64,000 bases of DNA from Candidatus Micrarchaeota archaeon. GTDB lineage: Archaea; Micrarchaeota; Micrarchaeia; Micrarchaeales; CABMGC01. Positions 32,133 through 42,274 of the stretch are shown here, in pieces. Every line of letters starts with the position of its first letter. Within the stretch, counting starts at the first letter, position 1. Location: the NCBI GenBank assembly GCA_028867435.1, contig JAGWGI010000002.1, positions 700-64,699 of the forward strand, given 5' to 3'. The notes under the pieces are model-generated. The model did no database searches. It had not been told where the DNA came from and worked only from the letters and a program-made list of their open reading frames with translations. The translations under genes were made by a program, and so were the position numbers.

Positions 32133-33884
32133 ATGATAAGACAGCCGATTATAAGCGTACTTGGCCACGTGGATCATGGGAAGACCACGTTACTTGACAG
32201 GATACGAAGCACTACTGTTGCCAAGAAGGAGGCTGGAGGGATAACGCAGCATGTCGGGGCGAGCGAGGTGCCTCTTGAGGTCATAGAGAAAGTATGCGGA
32301 GATCTGCTCAAGAGTTTCGGCGCAAAGATGGTTATACCTGGCCTTCTGTTCGTAGACACCCCAGGGCACGAGGCATTCACGAACTTGAGGAAGAGGGGTG
32401 GCAGCGTGGCAGACCTTGCAATACTGGTGGTGGATATAAGCAAGAGCTTTGAGCCGCAGACCTACGAGGCAATAGAGATACTTAGAGAATACAAAACGCC
32501 ATTCATCGTGGCTGCAAACAAGATAGACCTAGTTACCGGATGGATCCCAAAAGACACCTCTTCGTTCACTGAATCGATCTCAAAGCAGAATCCAAATGTG
32601 GTAAACGAGGTGGAGGCAAGGATATACGGGCTGATAGGCAAGTTCAGCGAACTGGGATTCAACAGCGAGAGATTCGATCGGGTGCGAGACTTCCAGAGGG
32701 AGTTTGCAATAATCCCGGTTAGCGCGAAGACCGGAGAGGGGATCGCAGAGCTGCTTGTATACACCACTGGACTTGCGCAGAGATTCCTCGGCCCGAGGCT
32801 AGAAATAGACGTTAGTGAACCAGGGAAGGGAAGCATACTTGAGAAGAAGGAGGAGAGGGGGCTGGGGACAACTATAGATGTGATACTCTACAACGGCACG
32901 CTTAGGGTTAATGACACCATAGCATTTGCAACCACTTCGGGGATAGGCACAGCCAAGATAAAGGCGCTGCTCAAGCCCAAATCGATGCAGGATCTTCGCG
33001 ATTCCTCCTCGAAATTCGATTATCTGGACAAGGTGGTTGCCGCTTCGGGGGTGAAGATCGGCGGCAGCGGGCTTGAGGAAGCACTTGCTGGATCGCTTGT
33101 AATCTCCACGCTCTCAAGCACTTATAACGACGAGATAAAAGGCGAGATACAGGAGGCGTTTGCAACTGAGCAGACAGGAGTGATACTCAAGGTGGACACG
33201 ATAGGCAGCCTTGAGGCGATGTCAAAGCTGCTTGCCAATATGAACATACACATCAGCAAGAAAGGCCTAGGGGACGTGACCAAGCGTGACATACTCGACG
33301 CCTTTGCGATGAAGGCATCCGACCAGTTCAGCTCGATTGTACTCTCCTTCAACGTCAACATAGCCTATGAAGCAGAATCCGAGAGCCTTGCTACAGGTGT
33401 CAAGGTGATAAACCAGAACGTGATATACAAGATACTAGACGACTACAAAGAATGGCTAGAACAGGCGAGGAAGGCGGAGAAGGAGCAGGCGGAAAAGGCG
33501 ATAACCTTTCCCGGGATGGTCAAAGTGCTGCCAAACAGCTTCTTCAGGGTGTCACATCCCGCGGTATTCGGTGTGGATATAGTCGCAGGCAGGATAAAGC
33601 CCTCATATATGCTTATCGACGAGAGTGGAAGAAGGGTGGGAAGGGTAGGCGAAATACAGGAGAACGGAGTCTCGCTGCCGGAGGGAAAGATGGGCGAGAG
33701 CCTTGCAATATCCGTTGGGGATGCAGTGTGCGGGAGGAACGTTAGGGAGGGGATGAAACTATACACACTTGTCGACGACCAGAGCATGACACTTCTCAAG
33801 ACGAAGTTCAAGCACCTGCTCAATGAGAAGGAGCTCGAGCTACTTGACAAGATAGACGAAGTAAAGGCTTCGATAAAAGGCTAA
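32133..33884 (+). CDS. infB: Translation initiation factor aIF5B (IF-2 family GTPase)
   Basis: G1 'VLGHVDHGKTTLLD', G3 'VDTPGHEAF' and G4 'AANKIDL', followed by domains II-IV. 583 aa. Confidence 0.9.
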   Translation: MIRQPIISVLGHVDHGKTTLLDRIRSTTVAKKEAGGITQHVGASEVPLEVIEKVCGDLLKSFGAKMVIPGLLFVDTPGHEAFTNLRKRGGSVADLAILVVDISKSFEPQTYEAIEILREYKTPFIVAANKIDLVTGWIPKDTSSFTESISKQNPNVVNEVEARIYGLIGKFSELGFNSERFDRVRDFQREFAIIPVSAKTGEGIAELLVYTTGLAQRFLGPRLEIDVSEPGKGSILEKKEERGLGTTIDVILYNGTLRVNDTIAFATTSGIGTAKIKALLKPKSMQDLRDSSSKFDYLDKVVAASGVKIGGSGLEEALAGSLVISTLSSTYNDEIKGEIQEAFATEQTGVILKVDTIGSLEAMSKLLANMNIHISKKGLGDVTKRDILDAFAMKASDQFSSIVLSFNVNIAYEAESESLATGVKVINQNVIYKILDDYKEWLEQARKAEKEQAEKAITFPGMVKVLPNSFFRVSHPAVFGVDIVAGRIKPSYMLIDESGRRVGRVGEIQENGVSLPEGKMGESLAISVGDAVCGRNVREGMKLYTLVDDQSMTLLKTKFKHLLNEKELELLDKIDEVKASIKG

Positions 33885-33915
33885 ATAAAACTGTGTTCAG
33901 TTAGTATAGTTTTTG

Positions 33916-34641
33916 ATGGAGAAGAACATAACCACAGAGCACGGCGAGATAAAGTACTCTGTTGTTCGGGGAAGGAGGAAGAGCATATCCCTCAGGTTCC
34001 ATGACAGTTCCACGCTCCTGATCTCAATTCCTAGGTATTCTCTGGTAAATATCGAGAGACTCATCAGAAAGCACATGGATTGGATAACGGAGCATTCTTC
34101 TGAGATGGCAAGCAGCATGCACTTCATAAAGGACGGGAAAGTGCTGCAGGGGGGTTCCTATCTACAGGTAAAGCTGGTGGAGAGGAAATGCAGGCCTATG
34201 GTCACTGTTGTTGACGGCATTATGATTGTGGAGGCGCCAGACAAAATCAGCTGCTTCAATGCGATAAACAAGTTCGCACAAAAGAAAACGGAGGAGAGGG
34301 CATCGCAGATTGCGCAGCTCAAGATGGAACAGGCTGGCAGAAGCGCTTCTATTAGATTTAGGAGGATGCGTAAATGGGGGTACTGCACAACCGACAAAAG
34401 GATAACTTTCAATTCCCAGCTTTCTATGCTACCGGCAGAGATTATGGAATATGTGGTGAGCCATGAGGTTGCGCACCTATCGCACATGAACCACTCCAGA
34501 AAATTTTGGGAAGCTGTTTCGACGATGTGCCCAGACCATAAGCTGAGGAAAAAAGCGCTTAGGGCATATTCCACTTCGGATGCAGGCGCAGACTTCCAGA
34601 AACTTGGCCCTGCTTTTATTCCAGAAGCCCAGAATGCCTAA
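33916..34641 (+). CDS. YgjP-like (DUF45, M48-related) zinc metallohydrolase
   Basis: C-terminal 'VVSHEVAHLSHMNHSRKFW' (HExxH...H). ATG at 33916; the ORF-track start at 33913 is a TTG. Confidence 0.75.
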   Translation: MEKNITTEHGEIKYSVVRGRRKSISLRFHDSSTLLISIPRYSLVNIERLIRKHMDWITEHSSEMASSMHFIKDGKVLQGGSYLQVKLVERKCRPMVTVVDGIMIVEAPDKISCFNAINKFAQKKTEERASQIAQLKMEQAGRSASIRFRRMRKWGYCTTDKRITFNSQLSMLPAEIMEYVVSHEVAHLSHMNHSRKFWEAVSTMCPDHKLRKKALRAYSTSDAGADFQKLGPAFIPEAQNA

Positions 34642-34643
34642 GC

Positions 34644-35357
34644 TCACTGCTCGTACTTCGCCCCCTTTGGCGCGTTGGCCCTTCCCTGGTCGAATATCTC
34701 AGCTGCGAATTTGTACCTGGATATGCTGTGCATGTACAGCCTTCCATGGCCGGTAAAGTTTGCCAACAGGAGACCGACTCCGCCAAACATCGCTGTGCGC
34801 ACGTTATCTACGAACCTTACCTTGAACTGCAGCGTGGAGGAATAGCCTGCTATGTGGCCTGGATCAACCTCGAATTCCTCCCCTTGAACTATCTCGCGCT
34901 CGACTATGTCGCCTACTATATGTATGAATATCATTCCAGGGCCGCTCAGCCTCTGCAGAACTATGCCTTCTCCGCCGAAGAATGTTGCACCGAAACTCAG
35001 GGTCTGCATAGAGTAAGTCACCGAATCCTCGGCGGCAAGGAATGCGTACGATTCTGCGACGAATGATTCTCCTTCCGCTAGCTGTATCATCTTGACTTTG
35101 CCTGGCATAACCCCGGAAAGCGAAACGTCTCCGCTACCTTCCTTGGACTTGAACTCAGTGAGCATGCCTGTAGCACCGGTCATCTTTCTTTCTATCGCCT
35201 TCACCATCCCGCCCACCATCCTTGGGGTCATAACGACATTGCTGCTCTTGCTGAGCAGTTTCCCTGAATCAGTGTAGATGCGTTCCCCTTCTTTAAGGCT
35301 GACCCGCAGGGATTGCATCGAGCTTCCTATTATTTCATAGTCCATTGTTTTCCTCAT
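34644..35357 (-). CDS. AIM24/DUF124 family protein
   Basis: Glycine-rich beta-strand pattern typical of the family: 'FFGGEGIVLQRLSGPGMIFI', 'VDPGHIAGYS' and 'FGGVGLLLANFTGHGRLYM'. It has a 4-nt overlap with gatE. Confidence 0.65.
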   Translation of the reverse strand: MRKTMDYEIIGSSMQSLRVSLKEGERIYTDSGKLLSKSSNVVMTPRMVGGMVKAIERKMTGATGMLTEFKSKEGSGDVSLSGVMPGKVKMIQLAEGESFVAESYAFLAAEDSVTYSMQTLSFGATFFGGEGIVLQRLSGPGMIFIHIVGDIVEREIVQGEEFEVDPGHIAGYSSTLQFKVRFVDNVRTAMFGGVGLLLANFTGHGRLYMHSISRYKFAAEIFDQGRANAPKGAKYEQ

Positions 35358-37186
35358 TTGAGAAGAGAGTTTAGCTCTTCGCCGTCGACATTCAGTCTGT
35401 ATTTCGACATTACCTGTTTGATGAGCATGCCCTTGTCCTTTTCCTTGAACCCTTCAAGCAGCTTCTTTAGCCCCTTTCCAGTTATCTTGGTTAGTTTCTT
35501 ATCCGCCACGATCCTCTCCACCTGATCAACGTTCCTTGGAATCTGTTTTATTATCTCCTCTACCGCGTTCTTTGTTATGTCTCCGTTCGCATACCCGGTG
35601 AAGACATAGACGAGCACATCGTCGGTTAGAGCGTCAATTTCGAGCCCGCTCCTTCGCATTTCCTTCATCTTCTCGAGTAGGAATGCGGCTACGAACTTCG
35701 GATCAACGCTCGATTTTTCCACTATAAGGTTGTAGGTAGGCAGCAGTGGGGATTTGAGCATCTGCTCTGCAAGCTGGTCGTTGTTTATTTGCTTCCTTAG
35801 CCTCTTTATGGTCGCCTCAATGTTCGGAGCGCTCACCTTCATCTTCTCATACTTGCCGGCGTCCAATTCCATCGGCTTTGAATCAGTTTCCGGGTACATC
35901 CTCGACCCTCCGGCTATCGGCCTGAGGAATCTTGTGGTTAGGTTCTTTGAGTCAGCCATTCTGGTCTCTGATGGAACTTCCTTTAGCGCAATCTTGGCGC
36001 GGATGATTGCACGCTCTATCGCGCTCTTCGAGGCATCTTTTTGACCGCTGACTAGCATGAATGCATCTCTGCCCTTAATATCGAGCCTCTGCTTGAGCAC
36101 GTCTATCTCTTCTTGCGAGATTGAGTACTTTTCCATCTCCTCATCGCTGTGTATTATCCCCTTTATGCCTGAAACTTTGGCGTAGTCGCTTATCTCACTC
36201 CCCAGCCTGCGGTTTGGGTTTATCTCGTGTCCGATTATGCCCTCGAACCCTTCCAGCCTTACGCCGTACACCACGCCCCCATTCTTTGTATTTTCCTTTA
36301 TTATCTTGGAGCTTGTGCCTCCGAAGACAGATGTTACGTCGATTGGCTGGTATACCTGCGCATGCCTGTTGAGCAGTTCCTTGCGCAGCTTCAAAAGGTT
36401 CAGCTGCCTCTCAACCTCGTTCTCTATTATCGCATCCACTATGTCCAGCTCCTGAAACCCCTTTATCTCCACCCTCGCACCATCCTTTATTGAGAGGTTG
36501 ACGTCCTGCCTTATTGTGCCGATCCCGCGCTGTACCTTTCCAGTAAGCCTTAGAAGCATTCCAATCTTGTACGCTACCTCCTTTACCTCCTGCGGCGTGG
36601 AAAGAACAGGATCGGTGTCTATCTCCACAAGCGGTATGCCCAACCTGTCGGTGTTGTAGACCACAACGTTCTCGTCCTGCGAGACTATACCACTAGATTC
36701 CTCCTCCAAAAATATTGTTGGTATTGGGATGTTCTTTCGGTTAAGCTCCATGTAGCCATTGTATCCAACCTGCATGGTCCTCTGGAAGCCGCTTGGGTCG
36801 CTGCCGTCGACTACCCCTTTCCTCATGACCTCTATCTCGTCTGGTATCTTTGAATCGAATATCGCGACTATCTGCAGTGCCACATCAAGCGCCTCCTTGT
36901 TTAGATCGTGCGGAGGCTCCTCGTCGATGTCGACAAGACAGGTAGCGTCCCTGAAACTATTGTAAATGAAGTTGCGCCGTTTCCCGGACTCGAAGCGGGT
37001 TGAGGCATCCACAGCCCCTGTCTCACCCGCAACCGCCCTCTGAACCCTCTCGACTCTCCCTATCTGATCCTCCTCGGTGAGGTTCGGATTGCATGCACAA
37101 AATAGCTTGTGCGATGTAGCGAGTCTTTGGTGTATCTCAAGGCCCGACTTGAATCCAAGCTTGGAATAATAGGAAGAATCGTGCAT
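35354..37186 (-). CDS. gatE: Glutamyl-tRNA(Gln) amidotransferase subunit E
   Basis: 'YSKLGFKSGLEIHQRL', the AspRS-like insertion domain and a GatB/YqeY-like C-terminal tail. 610 aa, the typical archaeal GatE size. Confidence 0.9.
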   Translation of the reverse strand: MHDSSYYSKLGFKSGLEIHQRLATSHKLFCACNPNLTEEDQIGRVERVQRAVAGETGAVDASTRFESGKRRNFIYNSFRDATCLVDIDEEPPHDLNKEALDVALQIVAIFDSKIPDEIEVMRKGVVDGSDPSGFQRTMQVGYNGYMELNRKNIPIPTIFLEEESSGIVSQDENVVVYNTDRLGIPLVEIDTDPVLSTPQEVKEVAYKIGMLLRLTGKVQRGIGTIRQDVNLSIKDGARVEIKGFQELDIVDAIIENEVERQLNLLKLRKELLNRHAQVYQPIDVTSVFGGTSSKIIKENTKNGGVVYGVRLEGFEGIIGHEINPNRRLGSEISDYAKVSGIKGIIHSDEEMEKYSISQEEIDVLKQRLDIKGRDAFMLVSGQKDASKSAIERAIIRAKIALKEVPSETRMADSKNLTTRFLRPIAGGSRMYPETDSKPMELDAGKYEKMKVSAPNIEATIKRLRKQINNDQLAEQMLKSPLLPTYNLIVEKSSVDPKFVAAFLLEKMKEMRRSGLEIDALTDDVLVYVFTGYANGDITKNAVEEIIKQIPRNVDQVERIVADKKLTKITGKGLKKLLEGFKEKDKGMLIKQVMSKYRLNVDGEELNSLLK

Positions 37187-37255
37187 TGTACAAACCTGTA
37201 GACTTGGTTAATAAAGAGATGCGATAAGAATATATAAAAAATACTAGCTGATCCC

Positions 37256-38671
37256 ATGAAGTGCATCGTAAAGAACCGCAAGGAGCTCTGTGCAGGAAGT
37301 GACTATGGGACAGGGCTGATTCTGGACTGCTTCGAGCATATGCTGGTAAAAGTGATGCCAGAGAGCATGATGCGTAGCAACCTGAGATTGAATGGCGGCA
37401 TTCTTACCATAAGGAGCAAAAACATACGCCTTGACCTTGACAGCTACGAGAGAATTTGCGTTTACGGCACTGGCAAGGCTGGGGCGCAGATGAGCATGAT
37501 GCTCGAGGGGGTAATTGGGGCCAAAAGGATAAGCGAGGGATATGTCACTGTTCCAAAGGGCTCTATTGGCGCAGTGAAAGTGGAGCGGATAAAGCTAATT
37601 GAGGCAGGGCATCCGGTTCCGGATAAGAACAGCGTGAAAGGCGGGGTTATAATCCAGCAGATGCTCAAGAAGCTGGGCCCACGGGACCTTGCTATAGGCC
37701 TAATATCTGGTGGCGGCTCGGCGCAACTGGAAGTTCCGGCGCCCGGGATCTCGCTTGAGCAGATAATAAAGACCACACAGATGCTTCTTGCGGTCGGGGC
37801 TAACATAAATGAAATCAACTGCGTTAGAAAGCACCTCTCGCAGATAAAGGGGGGAGGGCTTGTCCCTGAGGAGAACAATACAACCATGATAACACTTGCG
37901 ATATCAGATGTCGTGGGAAGCGATCTGGGTAGCCTTGCTTCTGGTCCCACCTACCCTGACTGGACTACTTATGCAGGAGCTTACGGAGTGCTCAAAGGGT
38001 ATAATATACTCTACACCGTTCCAGAAGCGGTTTTCACAAGGCTGAAAAAGGGCATGAACGGAAATCCCTATTTTGAGGAAACGCCAAAGCCAGGAGACTA
38101 CAGATTCGAAAAGGTCAAGAATGTGCTAATTGGGGACAACAGACTGGGGTGCGAATCTGGAATCAAATATCTTAGGAAGAATTATCCGAGGATGAATATT
38201 CACTATCTTGGTTCTGACGTAACTGGTGATGCCAGGACGGTGGGAAGGGAACTTGCGGCAAGGTTCCTTGACATCAGTGAGGGACGGCCGAATGCGCACC
38301 TGCGAGGGATAACTGCGCCGTGCATGCTGATATGGGGAGGAGAGACCACAGTCAATATAAAGGGGAATGGATACGGAGGAAGGAATCAGGAGGAGGCAGG
38401 AGGCACTATGGAAGTCCTCAAGGGTAACAAGTACATAACTGTCGGGTACCTAAGCACCGATGGAAGGGATGGAAGAAGCGAGGCTACAGGAGCCATAGCT
38501 AGCAAGAGTGTCTATCTAAAAGCGCTTAGGAAGGGTCTTGATATAGACAAAGCTCTCTCCAACAATGATTCCAACACGTTCTTTAAGAATGCGGGGGGAG
38601 CGGTGGTCACAGGGCTCACTGGGACCAATACTAACGACTGGGGATTTGCTTATATCCTCAGGGTTTCCTGA
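37256..38671 (+). CDS. Glycerate 2-kinase (DUF4147 + MOFRL family)
   Basis: 'YGTGKAGAQM', 'LISGGGSA', 'IWGGETTVNIKGNGYGGRNQE' and 'STDGRDG'. Confidence 0.8.
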   Translation: MKCIVKNRKELCAGSDYGTGLILDCFEHMLVKVMPESMMRSNLRLNGGILTIRSKNIRLDLDSYERICVYGTGKAGAQMSMMLEGVIGAKRISEGYVTVPKGSIGAVKVERIKLIEAGHPVPDKNSVKGGVIIQQMLKKLGPRDLAIGLISGGGSAQLEVPAPGISLEQIIKTTQMLLAVGANINEINCVRKHLSQIKGGGLVPEENNTTMITLAISDVVGSDLGSLASGPTYPDWTTYAGAYGVLKGYNILYTVPEAVFTRLKKGMNGNPYFEETPKPGDYRFEKVKNVLIGDNRLGCESGIKYLRKNYPRMNIHYLGSDVTGDARTVGRELAARFLDISEGRPNAHLRGITAPCMLIWGGETTVNIKGNGYGGRNQEEAGGTMEVLKGNKYITVGYLSTDGRDGRSEATGAIASKSVYLKALRKGLDIDKALSNNDSNTFFKNAGGAVVTGLTGTNTNDWGFAYILRVS

Positions 38672-38734
38672 TTTCTCCTGCGTCACAAAACCATCCAATT
38701 TCAGATTGTGTCAAAGCTGATATTTGGAGTCGGC

Positions 38735-39274
38735 CTACGACTTTTTGAGCCGCTTTGCAAGTGCTTGGAACGCCTTTGTCCTGTGGGAGAGCCTGTCCTT
38801 TTGCGCAGGGCTCATTTGCGCAAGGGTAAGATTGCTTCCAGATGGCAGGAATATCACATCAAAGCCGAATCCAAATTTTCCAACCGGCTTGTTTGCTATG
38901 CATCCATCAGCCCTACCCGAGAAAAGCCTTGCCTTCTTGCCATCATAGAGGCAGAGCACTGTCTCTGCATGCGCACCCCTGTTTTTTCTGCCCACCAGTC
39001 TGCAAATCTCATGGTAGCCCAGATAAATCTCGGCCCATTTTACCAGTGCCCCCGGAAACCCGTTGAGGCAGTTAATGTATAGGCCAGTGTCCTCAATCAG
39101 CACAGGTTGATGGAGCCTGGAATAAGCGGCCTTCGCCTTATCGAGCGCGACCTCTTTGCAGCTCATAGACTGCACCTCTTGGAGGTCAAGATCCGAGTGA
39201 CGCAGCTTCCTTTTGAGTATGCGCTGGGCTTCTTTGAGCTTGTTTGGGTTTGAGGTAACGAAAATAAATTCCAT
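38735..39274 (-). CDS. rdgB: Non-canonical purine NTP pyrophosphatase (RdgB/HAM1 ITPase)
   Basis: 'FIFVTSNPNKLKEA', 'EDTGLYINCLNGFPGAL', 'GFGFDVIF' and 'MSPAQKDRLSHRTKA'. Confidence 0.85.
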   Translation of the reverse strand: MEFIFVTSNPNKLKEAQRILKRKLRHSDLDLQEVQSMSCKEVALDKAKAAYSRLHQPVLIEDTGLYINCLNGFPGALVKWAEIYLGYHEICRLVGRKNRGAHAETVLCLYDGKKARLFSGRADGCIANKPVGKFGFGFDVIFLPSGSNLTLAQMSPAQKDRLSHRTKAFQALAKRLKKS

Positions 39275-39278
39275 CGTA

Positions 39279-40493
39279 TCACTGATTTTCCCAGAAGGGA
39301 AGGATGCTGTTGTAGAGCTTCAATTCCTCATTTGGTATGTCGCGCTGTGCGTATTTTTGGAGCTCCTCCTTTCCAACCCATACGTAATCGTCGTGCTCGC
39401 TCAGCACTATTTCGCCTTTCTCCGTGACAACTGCGAAGTTGAGCTGCCTGACCGGCTTGCGGCTCATGCCCTTATAGTCAAAACTGCCCAGGTATCTGCT
39501 TATCTTAATCACCCTGAGCCCTGTCTCCTCTTTGATCTCGCGCACGAGTGCCTCCCTGACGCCCTCGCCCTTCTCTATCTTGCCCCCTGGTATTTCGTAT
39601 AGGCCCCCGAATGTGTCATTGGGGAGGCGCCGCACAAGAAGTATCTTCTCACCCTCTGAAATCACGCCGGAAACGCATACAACCAAGATTCCGTCCTCGG
39701 CCGCTTTCTTTAGAAGCGTGTCGTAGTCGACTGAGGATTCGCTTTCCATTTGACCAAGCCTTTCAAGGACATAGCCGTAATCCTTCAGATAAACGCCAAG
39801 GTTCACACCCTTTAGCCTCACGTTCTCCTTTATGTTCCTAAGCTCGGCATTGTAGACGTAGTTGTTTACCACCACTATGTCGGCATTGCGCTTGGTAGGC
39901 TCTACGTGCTCCTTGTACATTGGCTCCACTATAGTGGTAGCATAACTGAGTATCTCCTCGTTGCTCCACGAAGTCCTGTATACGTCCCTTGAAACGCGCC
40001 TTAGGAACCTTGTGGGATAGTCAGCTTCCATGAATATCTTGAGGTGGGATTGCCGGGCTAGGTTGTCAAAAAGCGCGAAAAGCCCTTCGAGCACCACGAT
40101 CTTCTTAGGCTCGAACTTTTCTGTCCCTATGGGCTTTTGCTCCTTGAAGCTAAATATCGGCTTGTCGAAAGGTGCACCACTCTTCAGCAGCTCTAGGTGC
40201 TCCTCAAGCAGCTCCAGCCGCACTGACCTTGGATGGTCGAAGTTTATTTCTATCCCACTTGCGGCGTCAGCTTCGATGTCGCTGCGCGCCCTGATGTAGT
40301 CATCGGCGCTTAGCGTTGCGACCTCTCCAAATCTCTTTTTTATCGCAGCGGACATTATCTCCGTCTTTCCTGAGCCCGAACCCCCTGCGATGCTGATGAT
40401 TGAGGTATCGTTCTTGAGCGTGAGTGCCTCGACCCTGCTAAGCACCGCGTCTATGCCTTCCTGCAGGACGTATGCCCCCCTCTCCTCTACCAT
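39279..40493 (-). CDS. Fusion protein: uridine kinase/PRK-family P-loop kinase (N-terminal) + NUDIX hydrolase (C-terminal)
   Basis: Walker A 'SIAGGSGSGKT', 'NFDHPRS' and 'IVVLEGLFAL', then the Nudix box 'PGGKIEKGEGVREALVREIKEETGL'. A TATA 'GATTTATAATCC' is centred about 26 nt upstream of the ATG, consistent with a leaderless mRNA. Confidence 0.7.
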   Translation of the reverse strand: MVEERGAYVLQEGIDAVLSRVEALTLKNDTSIISIAGGSGSGKTEIMSAAIKKRFGEVATLSADDYIRARSDIEADAASGIEINFDHPRSVRLELLEEHLELLKSGAPFDKPIFSFKEQKPIGTEKFEPKKIVVLEGLFALFDNLARQSHLKIFMEADYPTRFLRRVSRDVYRTSWSNEEILSYATTIVEPMYKEHVEPTKRNADIVVVNNYVYNAELRNIKENVRLKGVNLGVYLKDYGYVLERLGQMESESSVDYDTLLKKAAEDGILVVCVSGVISEGEKILLVRRLPNDTFGGLYEIPGGKIEKGEGVREALVREIKEETGLRVIKISRYLGSFDYKGMSRKPVRQLNFAVVTEKGEIVLSEHDDYVWVGKEELQKYAQRDIPNEELKLYNSILPFWENQ

Positions 40494-40885
40494 AATGGAC
40501 TATTCGCAATAGAGGATTATAAATCGTTACCTGCTTTTTTTCATGCACGCCTGCGCACCATTCTGCCGATCCTAAGCAGCTGCGTCGCATCGAGTATGTC
40601 ATCTACAACTTGTCTCTTGCTTGGCGTCTCCCGGTACGAGGTATGAAGCAACTCAGTTGCATCGCGTATGTCAGCTACAATCACATCCCTTCTTTTGCTT
40701 GCGTTATGGTTTCTTCCAGTCAGTTTCTTAAGCTCAGTAGCACTAAGTACCTGATTTACACTACCGTCAAAAAGAGCTAGGTTTCTTTTACGATTTCCAA
40801 GGCATTCTTCCTCAAGTTCTCACCGCATTATCAGGGGAGTTAAGCAGGCACTTTGTATTTGAAGCTTCTCTACAACTCTATTTGC

Positions 40886-41452
40886 TCATTTCGAAGCTGA
40901 GCGTTTTGCGCCTCCGTATTTCAAGATGTAATTTCTGTAGAGTACTACCGCCTCCCCAAAGAGCAGCCCTGCACTAAATCCGAGGAGCAAATCTGCGCAG
41001 AAGAGGATCAGACTGAAGGCCGCAGCAGGGGCGAGGGCACTGGCAATGCTCTCGCTCTTTGGAAGAGGGCCTGAGAGCATGCCCTCAAGGGAGGGGTTGG
41101 AGTAAAAGTCAATCCCGACCCTGATAAGGAAGGATATTATCCATATGGTGAGTATCTCGTTTGATCTCTTATACATCACATTACCATCCTTTTCGAAGAT
41201 ATTCGATCGCTTGCCGAGCTTTAGCCCGAGCAGAATGCCGACTACTACAGAGGTGGTTATCGCCGCAAGTTCCCAAAGCGAGAGGCCTATTATGACAAGC
41301 GCGGCTGTGAGGGCAAGGTATAACACTGGCCTAAAGAAGATGCTCCTTCTGGAGTACCTTATGCCCTTCCTACCAGCGACTATCCTTCTGCCTAGGACTA
41401 GCACCAAGAGCGCAACAATGAATACAGGAGCGTATCCGAGTCCCATGAACAA
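40886..41452 (-). CDS. CcdC-like (DUF1453) membrane protein
   Basis: Four to five TM helices. The segment 'SNIFEKDGNVMYKRSNEILTIWIISFLIRVGID' resembles B. subtilis CcdC 'SKFEIRGNEIYLKRSKAFVFILVGLLVIRIVMK', recalled from memory. Confidence 0.45.
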   Translation of the reverse strand: MFMGLGYAPVFIVALLVLVLGRRIVAGRKGIRYSRRSIFFRPVLYLALTAALVIIGLSLWELAAITTSVVVGILLGLKLGKRSNIFEKDGNVMYKRSNEILTIWIISFLIRVGIDFYSNPSLEGMLSGPLPKSESIASALAPAAAFSLILFCADLLLGFSAGLLFGEAVVLYRNYILKYGGAKRSASK

Positions 41453-41521
41453 CCAGTTAGTCGAATGTACATTGCAAGATAGGTATTAAATCGGTGCTGG
41501 GCGGCTAATTTTTGGGTTTGG

Positions 41522-42274
41522 TTAGAGGTAGTTCACCACAAAGGCCACGACGAAGCCCAGCAGTATCCCTGCGTAGGTGAGCCAGATTGCCCTGCTCTTG
41601 CCCGCTCCTTCTGCATCGCTACGGCGCAGGTTTACGTGTAAGAGCACAAGCACTACGTATAGTATCGCTGCGCTGGCTAGCGCATCGAAAAAGATTATGA
41701 AGATGTTCGAGAAGAAGACCAGACCCACCAGCGTGCCCAGTATTGTTGGAACCCCGCCTAACAGGAAAGCTCCTGTCACGAACCTCTTGTCAAGCTTCTG
41801 CTTTAGGCCCATGAGAGGAGCTGCTATCGGGAAGCCTTCAGTTATGTTCTGCAGGGTGAAGCCGATTAGCGAGACCAGATAAATCGGTATTATCCCTGCT
41901 GCCCCCGCGCTGCCGAACACCAGCCCCTCCGTCAGGTTCTGGAAGCCTATACCTATGGCGGCAAGTATCGAGGTTCTCTTTGGATCCTTATTTAGCTCGC
42001 GATTCTCTTTTGGCGCAATGAAGAAAAGGAAGGAGAGAGTGAAACCGATGATGAACACCAACTCCATCGCGTTGAACCCGATAGCGTTTCCGAATATCGC
42101 CGCTACATTCCCGAAGATGTCCATCAACAGGAAGATTAGTATACCGATTGCCACGGCATTGAAAAAAATCATGTGCCTTGTGCTTGTGTGCCTATGGAAG
42201 ACTATGGGCATCGAAAGAAAAATCGACAGGCCCATTACAAATGAAAGCGCAATGGTCAGGTATGCTTCTATCAT
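41522..42274 (-). CDS. ZIP-family divalent metal transporter (ZupT-like)
   Basis: Eight-TM pattern with the paired motifs 'GFQNLTEGLVFG' and 'LQNITEGFPIAAP' (a variant of HNxPEG). Confidence 0.65.
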   Translation of the reverse strand: MIEAYLTIALSFVMGLSIFLSMPIVFHRHTSTRHMIFFNAVAIGILIFLLMDIFGNVAAIFGNAIGFNAMELVFIIGFTLSFLFFIAPKENRELNKDPKRTSILAAIGIGFQNLTEGLVFGSAGAAGIIPIYLVSLIGFTLQNITEGFPIAAPLMGLKQKLDKRFVTGAFLLGGVPTILGTLVGLVFFSNIFIIFFDALASAAILYVVLVLLHVNLRRSDAEGAGKSRAIWLTYAGILLGFVVAFVVNYL

